Assembly: GCA_030765585.1 (NCBI GenBank)
Contig: JAVCCJ010000085.1
Location: 1-44,905, forward strand
Source: Candidatus Zapsychrus exili
Lineage (GTDB): Bacteria > Omnitrophota > Gorgyraeia > Zapsychrales > Zapsychraceae
Direction: 5' to 3'
Length of the DNA stretch: 44,905 bases
Shown here: in pieces, positions 1 to 7,904 of the stretch
How positions within the stretch are numbered: the first letter of the stretch is position 1
Layout of the letters: the number at the start of each line of letters is the position of its first letter
Program-made: the position numbers and the translations under genes
Notes under the pieces: model-generated
Databases searched by the model: none
Seen by the model: only the letters and a program-made list of their open reading frames with translations
Told to the model about the DNA's origin: nothing

Positions 1-126
1 AGGATATTGTGCTTAACTTAGGTAATTATATTTTTGAATATAATCATCTTCGTAGACATGGGGGCTTGAACTATGAGACCCCTTTTGATAAACTAAAAAG
101 AGTTACCGAATTAGTGAGCTAGTACA
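1..126 (+). mobile_element. Right end of an IS481-like insertion sequence (transposase C-terminus plus terminal repeat), partial at the window edge
   Basis: Frame 3..122 reads DIVLNLGNYIFEYNHLRRHGGLNYETPFDKLKRVTELVS*, containing the YNxxRxHxxLxxxTP tail of integrase-core DDE transposases. The stop codon lies just inside an end reading ...GTACA (126), i.e. 5'-TGT on the minus strand, as in IS481-family ends. Confidence 0.8.
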
Positions 127-1535
127 CCTGTCCCTGTTAATTTTATTTGAGTACGCTTAACATCTCCTACTCTCTTATATTCTTCATCACTTTCATAAAT
201 CATTCTAGAATTTTTTCCTACTACCTCACTTGACGAATAGCCTAACATTTTGCAAAATTTTTCATTAACCCAAACAAATTCTCTATTGCGAACAAGTCCT
301 ATCCCGCTTGGGGCAGACCTAAAAATACTCTGAAGCATGTTTTCGCTCTTACGTAATTTCTCTTCCGATTCCTTGCGTTTTTTTGTCATAAGAAGCTGTG
401 CTACTTGATCAGCTATTTCTCCTATAAAAGTAATTTCGTCATCTCTCCAATGCCTCTTTTCCTCTATATGCTCTATACACACAACACCTGCGACTTTACC
501 TTGCAATCTAACTCCAGCATCAAGCATAGAACTTATACCCAATAGTCTTAAATATTTATCTGAAAATTCTCTCGTCCTTTCATCTACATTGGCATCAAAA
601 GCATCAATAGCTCTACTTTCATCTATAGCATTAAAATAGTTTGGATAATCTGAATAACATAATTCAGAACCACTGGAGTGCTTGTCTAATGATCTCTCGA
701 ACAAATCAATACAGCAAAGTTTTTGATTATCTTCGCTTAACAGCCAAACACTCGCCCTTTCTGCTTCAATTACATTAGTCATTGTCTTAGATATTATTTT
801 TATTCGATCTATAAAAGACTCCTCTAAAAAATCGCTTTCGCCAGAAATCTTCAATATAGCATTTCTTTGTCTCTTCGTTCTAGCTTCTGCTATTAAAGCA
901 ATATCTTGTTGAAGCTTCTCCTCATCCAATATATTAGGAATGACTACAGAAAGATACTCTACATTACCCTCTTTTGACCTATGTACAATAATAGATTGAG
1001 AGACCTCTATGTCCTTTCCGCATGAATGGATAAGGGTTGTCCCAGATTTCCAAATTCCATCACGTATTGCAGAAGGTATACCTTCTCTTAAAATAATATT
1101 TAATGATTCTTTGGCATATATTCTCGATATTGATTTACCAATAATATCCCTATCGCTACTAAATCCTAATATCTTTTTACCAGAACTATTTATGTAATTA
1201 ATCTTTCCTCCTGGAGTAATCAATGCAGTAAAATCTCTCGATGCCTCAAATATCTTAATCAAATATTCTAATTCTGAATTTTCTTTACTATGAATCTTGA
1301 ACATTTTTATTCCTATAAAAAGGACAAAAGCGCAAAATGCTAAAGAATTTATTATGCCTTCAACAGATATCAAATCAAAAGATGGCATATTTTGTGCGCC
1401 TTTATTATTTAAATTATTTGTAAAAGATAATCTGAGAAACTCTACTTTGGCGGGAAAAAGCAAAAAACACAGAGAAACAGCCAAGATAATGAATACAAGA
1501 AATGAGTAAAGAACTTTACGCTTGTTATTCAACAT
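111..1535 (-). CDS. Membrane-anchored PAS-GAF-PAS sensor protein, C-terminally truncated by the IS (output domain missing)
   Basis: Two N-terminal hydrophobic helices, a PAS domain (INYINSSGKKILGF), a GAF domain (SMLDAGVRLQGKVAGVVCIEH) and a second PAS (WVNEKFCKMLGYS) that breaks off at KLTGTG. The last residues VLAH* are encoded by the IS end. Confidence 0.85.
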   Translation of the reverse strand: MLNNKRKVLYSFLVFIILAVSLCFLLFPAKVEFLRLSFTNNLNNKGAQNMPSFDLISVEGIINSLAFCAFVLFIGIKMFKIHSKENSELEYLIKIFEASRDFTALITPGGKINYINSSGKKILGFSSDRDIIGKSISRIYAKESLNIILREGIPSAIRDGIWKSGTTLIHSCGKDIEVSQSIIVHRSKEGNVEYLSVVIPNILDEEKLQQDIALIAEARTKRQRNAILKISGESDFLEESFIDRIKIISKTMTNVIEAERASVWLLSEDNQKLCCIDLFERSLDKHSSGSELCYSDYPNYFNAIDESRAIDAFDANVDERTREFSDKYLRLLGISSMLDAGVRLQGKVAGVVCIEHIEEKRHWRDDEITFIGEIADQVAQLLMTKKRKESEEKLRKSENMLQSIFRSAPSGIGLVRNREFVWVNEKFCKMLGYSSSEVVGKNSRMIYESDEEYKRVGDVKRTQIKLTGTGVLAH

Positions 1536-1636
1536 ACAACCAAACCCCCTCTTTGTTTAATAGCTAGTAGACACAACAATGTTAAAAAGGAAAGTTTCTT
1601 ATAAAAATCCAGCAAAACACTACCGACTTACTAAAC

Positions 1637-1666
1637 ATTATATATAGATACTCGACATTTCGTCAA
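1637..1666 (-). promoter_or_regulatory. Sigma70-type promoter for the PAS/GAF gene
   Basis: TTGACG (1666-1661), 18 bp spacer, TATAAT (1642-1637). Confidence 0.6.
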
Positions 1667-1720
1667 GGAGAATAAATATGCGCCTTTAAATATGAATATA
1701 TAGTATTTTAGATATATTAG

Positions 1721-2374
1721 TTAATTACAAGAACAATGCTTGTGAGTGCAAAGAATGGGGAAAACAATGTCGGAAAGACAGCAAGGCAAAACCACGGCAA
1801 AAACCGTAACAAAAAATACTGGAACAATTGCGTGCATCCAATCTATCATGCCAAAACTAATTAAATATAATAATGATGCCATACTGCTTAAGAAAATATG
1901 TACTGAATGTGAATATTGGGTTGATTTATCAATACTTTTAGCCACAAGTATTCCAGATAAGACTCCAACTACTGCAAAAGACAATATTAAAGACGGGTCT
2001 TCTAATATGCAAATATGCAAGTGCATATGTATTCCTAAAATCGAACCACCAATAAATGGAAAAAATATATCACTTATGCCACATATACCAATTGATCCAA
2101 TAAGCCCTATTGCAATGGCTTTAAATATATTTTTATTGTCATGCCTCCAAAACATAGATGTTGTGGCAACGGCACTAAAAAATACATGGGCTGGATGAAA
2201 TATATGAAATAATTCTTCAGATACGCTTGGCAAAGCATCGCTTGAGCCAACAGTCTTTGCTATAAATGTCAAAATGCCCATAACTATTATAGAGAAAAGA
2301 ACACCCATCACAGAATATGGAAAATGTTCTGCTAATTCTGCAATTACATGTTTTGTTCTACTGCCTTCTTTCAT
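1721..2374 (-). CDS. Hypothetical polytopic membrane protein, His/Cys-rich, with an internal two-fold repeat (possible metal permease or metal-binding protein)
   Basis: 217 aa with about 6-7 hydrophobic segments. Repeated motifs HPAHVFFS...CGISDIFFP and HSVHIFLS...CCLSDIVFP. Purine-rich RBS (AAAGGAAGAGGA) upstream. Confidence 0.75.
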   Translation of the reverse strand: MKEGSRTKHVIAELAEHFPYSVMGVLFSIIVMGILTFIAKTVGSSDALPSVSEELFHIFHPAHVFFSAVATTSMFWRHDNKNIFKAIAIGLIGSIGICGISDIFFPFIGGSILGIHMHLHICILEDPSLILSFAVVGVLSGILVAKSIDKSTQYSHSVHIFLSSMASLLYLISFGMIDWMHAIVPVFFVTVFAVVLPCCLSDIVFPILCTHKHCSCN

Positions 2375-2484
2375 TCCTCTTCCTTTAACAAAGAATTAAC
2401 CGCATCAACTAATTCACTAGGTATTGCATAAACTTGAATTTTATCTATTCCTGTTTTTTGCTGAAGCTTAAAATTTAAGCTAAT

Positions 2485-2875
2485 TGGTGGAGGTGCCGGG
2501 AATTGAACCCGGGTCCTTGGAACACTTTATATAAGCCTCTACATGCATAGTACATTTTTTAATATCACTTAAGTATCTCCAATGCACAAGATATATTTAA
2601 GCTAGTTCTCTTTAATCTCACCATAACCTCAAGAACACGATTACAGCCAGCCTGCTAGTGCCTTCTATAGAGCCGCAGACACTCTCAATAAAAGGGCTTA
2701 GCTTAAATTTTTAAACTAAGACTGGTTGCGCTTCAGCTAGAATTGCTTCCGCTTCAGCAACAGCATTGTAATTTTCGCCGTTTGTTTTTTTGTCCAGATT
2801 TTTAACGAGGCCAACCAGACTTCCTCGGCATGCCACTCATACAACAATATAACAAGTCGAGACCAAATCACCCCC
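2485..2875 (-). ncRNA. ssrA: Transfer-messenger RNA (tmRNA), about 391 nt
   Basis: 5' GGGGGUG pairs with 3' CACCUCC-ACCA, including the G3.U alanine identity pair. T-arm CCGGG-UUCAAUU-CCCGG. Internal tag ORF at 2779-2711. Adjacent to smpB. Confidence 0.97.
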
Positions 2876-2889
2876 GATATGTATAATTC

Positions 2890-2918
2890 AGTATATATTA
2901 AAGAACAAAATACAGCAA
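2890..2918 (-). promoter_or_regulatory. Candidate ssrA promoter
   Basis: TTGCTG (2918-2913), 17 bp spacer, TATACT (2895-2890), just upstream of the mature tmRNA 5' end. Confidence 0.5.
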
Positions 2919-2928
2919 CAAAAAGGAG

Positions 2929-3396
2929 TTACCGTGTACTTTTTTTCTGATCCTGCCTTAAAGTTCGTCTTATGTCTCTATCAATAGTACGTTTTTTTAT
3001 TGCTTCTCTCTTATCGTAAAATTTCTTTCCACAACCCAAAGCAAGCTCTACCTTAACAAAACCTCTTTTATTAAAATAAACCTTTGTAGGAATAAGAGCA
3101 AGATTCTTTTCAAGCGTCCTAGATATTATCTTCTTTATTTCTTTCTTATGAAGAAGCAGCTTTCTCCTTCTATCTTCCTGTATTGATTCATATCCAGAAT
3201 TTTGATAGCCCGTTATATGAAGACTATACAAATATATCTCTTCCTTCTCAATCTTAGCAAAAGAGTCCTTAAAACTTATACCACCTGCACGAATAGACTT
3301 AACTTCAGCTCCCTCTAGAGCTATCCCACACTCCCAAGTTTCACTGAAAAAATAATCCCTATATGCCTTCTTATTTGTTGCTATTGCACTTGCCAT
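2929..3396 (-). CDS. smpB: SsrA-binding protein SmpB
   Basis: IATNKKAYRDY, ECGIALEGAEVKSIR, RKLLLHKKEI and GKKFYDKRE motifs. Start moved to ATG 3396 behind an AGGAGA RBS. Confidence 0.97.
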   Translation of the reverse strand: MASAIATNKKAYRDYFFSETWECGIALEGAEVKSIRAGGISFKDSFAKIEKEEIYLYSLHITGYQNSGYESIQEDRRRKLLLHKKEIKKIISRTLEKNLALIPTKVYFNKRGFVKVELALGCGKKFYDKREAIKKRTIDRDIRRTLRQDQKKSTR

Positions 3397-3492
3397 TCTT
3401 TCTCCTAAATATTCAAGAAAGCTCACTAAACATTCAATTCGCTCGCAGCTTCTTGACTATTTAAAAATTATATAATTTCTAAATAGATAGAT

Positions 3493-3521
3493 ATTCTAAC
3501 GTTGATACCAATTTAAGACAA
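3493..3521 (-). promoter_or_regulatory. Sigma70-type promoter for smpB
   Basis: TTGTCT (3521-3516), 17 bp spacer, TAGAAT (3498-3493). Confidence 0.55.
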
Positions 3522-3546
3522 GCAAAAAACATAAGGTATTTGAGAT

Positions 3547-3575
3547 TTGACTTTTAACTATAAATACTCTAAAGT
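3547..3575 (+). promoter_or_regulatory. Candidate lpdA promoter
   Basis: TTGACT (3547-3552), 17 bp spacer, TAAAGT (3570-3575). The -10 is overlapped by a tandem AAAGTAAAC x2 (3571-3588). Confidence 0.4.
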
Positions 3576-3615
3576 AAACAAAGTAAACAATTTAACTCTC
3601 ATAAATAACATACCT

Positions 3616-3651
3616 AGGGTCAGACCCCTTAAGATCAGAGGGTCAGACCCT
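3616..3651. repeat. Two copies of the palindrome AGGGTCAGACCC (REP-like)
   Basis: Copies at 3616-3627 and 3639-3650. Each is GGGTC-A-GACCC, GC-rich in an AT-rich spacer. Confidence 0.75.
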
Positions 3652-3661
3652 CACATTCATT

Positions 3662-5044
3662 ATGGACGAAAAAACTAAAATACTAGTCATTGGTGCTGGC
3701 CCGGGAGGATATACAGCTGCTTTTCACTTAGCTGACCTTGGGGCAGATGTAACACTTGTCGATAAAAGAGGTTCTCTTGGAGGAATTTGTCTTCATGAAG
3801 GATGTATTCCCTCGAAAACTCTGCTACATGCTGCAAAAATACTTACCAATGTAGAAGAAGCCAAAAACTTTGGCATAGAATTTGAAAATCCTAAAATAGA
3901 TATAGATAAATTAAGACAAAAAAAACAAGAAATCATATCAAAACTATCTAGCGGACTAGATCATCTATGCAAAAAACGCAAAATCAATTTCATAGAAGGC
4001 ACAGTCCAATTTGTAGATTCAAATAATGCTGAAATATCAGATAAAGACGGCGCGCAACAAACCCTATCTTTCGATAAAGCAATATTAGCAACTGGCTCAT
4101 CACCCAAAAAGTTGGACATACTACCAGAATCTGATTTAATAATGGATTCATCTTCTGCTTTAGAACTAAAAGACATACCTGAAACTATGTTAATCGTTGG
4201 TGGCGGATATATTGGGCTTGAACTAGGTACTGTCTATGCAAAACTAGGCAGCCAAGTGTCAGTTGTCGAATTAACAGATGGCTTATTGCCAGGTGTTGAT
4301 AGAGATTTAGTACGCACACTTGAAAGACAACTAAAACAAGATTTTAACTCAATAATGCTTAGCACAAAGATAACAAACTGTGAACTAATTGAAAATGGTG
4401 TATCTATCACGCTTGAAGATAGAGACGGAAAAACAATAACTGAAAATTACCAAAGAATATTGGTTGCAACTGGAAGAAAACCTAATTTAGATAACCTTGA
4501 AATAGAAAATACAAAGATTAAAATAAATGATGCTGGGTTTATTGAAGTCGACGATAAAAAGCTCACATCTGATACTTCAATTTATGCTATAGGAGATATT
4601 ACTAAAGGACCTATGCTTGCTCATAAAGCATCACATGAAGGATATATTGTTGCTAAAATAATAAATAAAGAAAATGTAGATGTTCAATTAGATGCAATCC
4701 CTGCTGCTATATTTACAGACCCTGAAATAGCAATATGTGGGCTGACTGAAAATGTTGCAAAAGAAAAAGGAATAGAAATCAAGGTAAGTAAATTTATGTG
4801 GGCAGCGTCTGGCAGAGCGTCAACTTTAGATCGCGCAGATGGAACAACTAAACTAATAATAGACCCTAAAACTGAACAAATATTAGGCGCATCTATTGTT
4901 GGAGTATATTCGTCAGAGCTTATTGCGGAATTAGCACTTGCGATAAAGGTGGGATTAAAAACATCAGATATAAGCAAAACTATCCACGTCCATCCTACTC
5001 TTTCTGAAACCATTATGGAATGTGCTCAGAAATTCTACGAATAA
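3662..5044 (+). CDS. lpdA: Dihydrolipoyl dehydrogenase (E3)
   Basis: GAGPGGY FAD fold, redox motif GGICLHEGCIPSK, GGGYIG NAD fold and C-terminal HPTLSE. Confidence 0.96.
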   Translation: MDEKTKILVIGAGPGGYTAAFHLADLGADVTLVDKRGSLGGICLHEGCIPSKTLLHAAKILTNVEEAKNFGIEFENPKIDIDKLRQKKQEIISKLSSGLDHLCKKRKINFIEGTVQFVDSNNAEISDKDGAQQTLSFDKAILATGSSPKKLDILPESDLIMDSSSALELKDIPETMLIVGGGYIGLELGTVYAKLGSQVSVVELTDGLLPGVDRDLVRTLERQLKQDFNSIMLSTKITNCELIENGVSITLEDRDGKTITENYQRILVATGRKPNLDNLEIENTKIKINDAGFIEVDDKKLTSDTSIYAIGDITKGPMLAHKASHEGYIVAKIINKENVDVQLDAIPAAIFTDPEIAICGLTENVAKEKGIEIKVSKFMWAASGRASTLDRADGTTKLIIDPKTEQILGASIVGVYSSELIAELALAIKVGLKTSDISKTIHVHPTLSETIMECAQKFYE

Positions 5045-5069
5045 AGTATCCACATCATAAAAAACAAAA

Positions 5070-5516
5070 TTATAAATCTATGTTAATCTTTGTTTTATCC
5101 CCAATCGCAATCCCTAGCTTTTCACAAAGACCTGCATTAACTTCCAATACATAATTTGCTTGGCTTTCTGGCTGATATATTGCGCAATTGTCTGTCTTGC
5201 ATGGCGGAGCATTTTGTTCTATGTGAACAACGACTCCCTCATTGTCTAACCAGATCATATCTAGTGGCAATAATGTATTCTTCATCCAAAATGCGTGTTG
5301 CGCGGCTTGCTTAAATACAAAAAGCATACCAGCGTGTTCAAATAAAACTCCTCTGAACTGAAGTCCACGCTGAAGCTCTTCATCTGTTACTGCAAGTTCT
5401 ACATTAAAACAACTTTCCGCTGAATCTTTAAAACACACTTGATTTTCTAATGTAATACTAGATGCTTTGCACGAGGATACTAAAAGAATAATAATAATTA
5501 AAAATATCTTTTTCAT
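5070..5516 (-). CDS. DUF192-family exported or lipoprotein
   Basis: Signal peptide with VSSC. Motifs VELAVT..LQRGLQFR, GMLFVF, FWMKNTLLPLDMIWL and YVLEVNAG. Confidence 0.9.
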   Translation of the reverse strand: MKKIFLIIIILLVSSCKASSITLENQVCFKDSAESCFNVELAVTDEELQRGLQFRGVLFEHAGMLFVFKQAAQHAFWMKNTLLPLDMIWLDNEGVVVHIEQNAPPCKTDNCAIYQPESQANYVLEVNAGLCEKLGIAIGDKTKINIDL

Positions 5517-5527
5517 AAGGCCACCAA

Positions 5528-6862
5528 TTAATTGTTGTCGATTTCTGTTAAGTTTAGATAATCCCTAAATACAAGCTCTCCTTCTATTTCTTTGTTAATA
5601 TTTGAAATACGCTTGGCTATAAACGGATGTGTTCTCCAATAGCTAAATTTACGTCTAGGAGCATTCTCTTGTTCTTTTTTTAATTTATCTAAAAACTGAA
5701 TTGCACCTTCTGGATTAAATCCTGCTTTCGTTAAATATTTAACAGCTAACCTGTCAGCCTCAAACTCATCAGCCAAAGAATGCTCAGCAAAAAGAGAGCC
5801 TATCGCAACACCTACACCTTTTGCTACTCTAGAATTCGATTGAGTCGCTGCCGCTACTTGCATTGCCATCGCACCATAAGATCCTTGCAATCGTTTAATG
5901 CCATGCTGTGCAGTTATATGACCTACTTCGTGGGCAATAACGCTTGCGAGCTGATCATCAGTTTCTGCAGCATCTACTGTACCTTTGAATATATAAATAT
6001 ATCCGCCTGGAAGACTAACAGCATTTTTAATATCTTTATCTAAAACTTTAATAAAATATACTACGTTTTTTCTGTCAGAAACCTCTACTATTCGCTTTAA
6101 TATACTTTCTATTCTTTCTCTTATATCAATATCATCAATTACATCGTAATGTTTTTCAATATTCTTAGAAGCAGATAAACCTATTTTTTCTTCTTTTTCT
6201 GTAGCGTACAAAAGTGATTCCTGTTGTTCTGTAGCTAAATTATAACTTGTAGTGCATCCAAATAAATTAAGAATGAAAAACAAACCCAACATCGACACGC
6301 CAAAATCTTTTAACATCTTTCCTAATTTCTGCATTGGAAGACCTATAACATTTGTATAACATCCTTCTATCCGTCGGATAAACACACTTCCAACACCTTC
6401 TATATCAAAACCGCCTGCCTTATCAAAGGGGGGCATCTTTTTGTGATACTTATCTATTTCGCTATCAGTTAAAGCAGACATAAATACTCTTGTCTTTTCG
6501 TAACCTATTGCTTGTTTTCCCGTCTTAGCATCAACTACCGCAACGCCTGTATATACCCATTGAGGGCTTTTGAAAAGAATCTTAAGAATTTTTTTAGCTT
6601 CTTTTAAACTCTTTGGCTTTCCTATTATTTTCTTATTTCCAATATATACAACAGAATCAGCTCCAATGACGACACCATCTTTTAGCTTAGATGCTATTTC
6701 GTTCGCCTTAATTAGAGCATTCTTTTTGACAAGAGCTTGAGGTGTAGTTGTAATTTTTTTTACCTCTTCTGCTTTACTTGACCTTACTTTAAACTTAAGT
6801 CCAAGTAGTTTCAGGAGTTTTTTTCTTTGCGCAGATTTAGAGGCAAGGATGATAGGCTTCAT
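5528..6862 (-). CDS. Fusion of a Maf-family NTP pyrophosphatase (aa 1-186), a hydrophobic/lipobox segment and an M48 zinc metalloprotease
   Basis: Maf motifs IILASKSAQR, IGADSVV, IIGKP, DKAGG and NVIGLP. Linker FGVSMLGLFFILNLFGC. M48 motifs NAVSLPGG, HEVGH (311-315), EFEAD and THP. One uninterrupted frame. Confidence 0.9.
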   Translation of the reverse strand: MKPIILASKSAQRKKLLKLLGLKFKVRSSKAEEVKKITTTPQALVKKNALIKANEIASKLKDGVVIGADSVVYIGNKKIIGKPKSLKEAKKILKILFKSPQWVYTGVAVVDAKTGKQAIGYEKTRVFMSALTDSEIDKYHKKMPPFDKAGGFDIEGVGSVFIRRIEGCYTNVIGLPMQKLGKMLKDFGVSMLGLFFILNLFGCTTSYNLATEQQESLLYATEKEEKIGLSASKNIEKHYDVIDDIDIRERIESILKRIVEVSDRKNVVYFIKVLDKDIKNAVSLPGGYIYIFKGTVDAAETDDQLASVIAHEVGHITAQHGIKRLQGSYGAMAMQVAAATQSNSRVAKGVGVAIGSLFAEHSLADEFEADRLAVKYLTKAGFNPEGAIQFLDKLKKEQENAPRRKFSYWRTHPFIAKRISNINKEIEGELVFRDYLNLTEIDNN

Positions 6863-6865
6863 AAA

Positions 6866-7423
6866 TTATTTGTGAATTTCTGATATGTGAAATATTGATT
6901 CTAGCACAGAGCCTTTTTCTGCTACTGCCTCACGAGCTCCCTCGTCACGATCAACAATACATATACATTTCTTTACTTTAACATTCATTGCAGTTAGAAC
7001 ATCTAAAGATTGTAAAAAAGCTTTGCCTGTTGTTGCAACATCATCAACCACTATAACCTCATCGCCCTCTTTTAAAAGCGGACCTTCTACTTGTTGTTGC
7101 TTACCATGAGCCTTTGGAGCTTTTCGAATTATAAAAGTATTTATCGGATTATCTGCGTGATAGCTGACAACTCCTATCGCGCCTACCAAAGGATCAGCTC
7201 CTAACGTAGGGCCTCCAATAGCAGTTACATTATCATCTTTGACCATATCTAAAATTATCTCTGCACACAAATATGCGCCTTCTGGCTTTAAAGTTATCCG
7301 ACGAGCATCAATATAATAATCACTTTCTTTTCCGGATGAGAGTATTATCTTTTCCTTAAAATAAGCATCTTTAATTACAAGTTTCAATAACTGATCTTTT
7401 AATTGTTTTATTTCTTCTGACAT
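6866..7423 (-). CDS. pyrE: Orotate phosphoribosyltransferase
   Basis: LSSGKESDYYID, IGGPTLGADP, RKAPKAHG and the PRPP loop VVDDVATTG. Confidence 0.95.
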   Translation of the reverse strand: MSEEIKQLKDQLLKLVIKDAYFKEKIILSSGKESDYYIDARRITLKPEGAYLCAEIILDMVKDDNVTAIGGPTLGADPLVGAIGVVSYHADNPINTFIIRKAPKAHGKQQQVEGPLLKEGDEVIVVDDVATTGKAFLQSLDVLTAMNVKVKKCICIVDRDEGAREAVAEKGSVLESIFHISEIHK

Positions 7424-7469
7424 AATTCTCCCATCTATTAAGCTAAAATTAAAATTTAATGTTTATTTG

Positions 7470-7775
7470 CTATCGTAACCACTCATCAATCGGAGGAGCT
7501 TCTAGTTCTCTCTTGCTCATCTCTTGTCTTAAACGAACTATGAATCCGAGCAACTCTTTGAATTTTGTATATTCTTTTGGAGTAAATCCTGCTTTACCAT
7601 GAAAAGCCTCACTTGCTTTTCTTTCTATCATGACGTCGATATATATCTCAATTATCTCATCATCCTTTAATCTTTTTATTTCTTCTTGAGTCGGAATACT
7701 AATTTCATAAATAAAAGCTAAAGCTGGGCCGCAAAACAAAAGAAAAATCGTTAAAAATATAATTACCTTTTTCAT
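7470..7775 (-). CDS. Small exported hypothetical protein (helical)
   Basis: 101 aa, signal peptide ending PALA, strong RBS GAGGAGG, first gene of the pyrE operon. Confidence 0.8.
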   Translation of the reverse strand: MKKVIIFLTIFLLFCGPALAFIYEISIPTQEEIKRLKDDEIIEIYIDVMIERKASEAFHGKAGFTPKEYTKFKELLGFIVRLRQEMSKRELEAPPIDEWLR

Positions 7776-7801
7776 AAATTGCCTCCTCTTAAGTTAAAAG
7801 T

Positions 7802-7830
7802 ATTATACAGTTATAGATTTTATCATTCAA
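7802..7830 (-). promoter_or_regulatory. Sigma70 promoter for the hypothetical-pyrE-Maf/M48-DUF192 operon
   Basis: TTGAAT (7830-7825), 17 bp spacer, TATAAT (7807-7802). Confidence 0.65.
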
Positions 7831-7869
7831 CTCAAATTTTGTATCAAAACTCTTGTTCTTTGCTAGCAT

Positions 7870-7898
7870 TTGACATAAAGACATGCAACTGCTATAAT
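7870..7898 (+). promoter_or_regulatory. Perfect consensus sigma70 promoter with extended -10 for comF-lptF-lptG
   Basis: TTGACA (7870-7875), 17 bp spacer ending TGC, TATAAT (7893-7898). Confidence 0.8.
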
Positions 7899-7904
7899 GA
7901 TGTC

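Noticed and set aside
1536..1636. Possible riboswitch in the sensor gene leader
   Set aside because: No c-di-GMP or other riboswitch core motif or stable stems recognised by eye.
111..2484. Possible genomic island integrated at the ssrA 3' end
   Set aside because: Accessory-looking genes follow ssrA, but no integrase or duplicated ssrA 3' fragment is visible in the window.
2485..2520. tRNA-like T-arm and CCA end
   Set aside because: This is the 3' half of the tmRNA tRNA-like domain and pairs with 2869-2875; there is no anticodon arm.
7779..7904. N-terminal extensions in the ORF track (comF here; also smpB, alr, metG, mcsB)
   Set aside because: They overlap promoters, repeats or upstream genes; downstream starts match family N-termini better.
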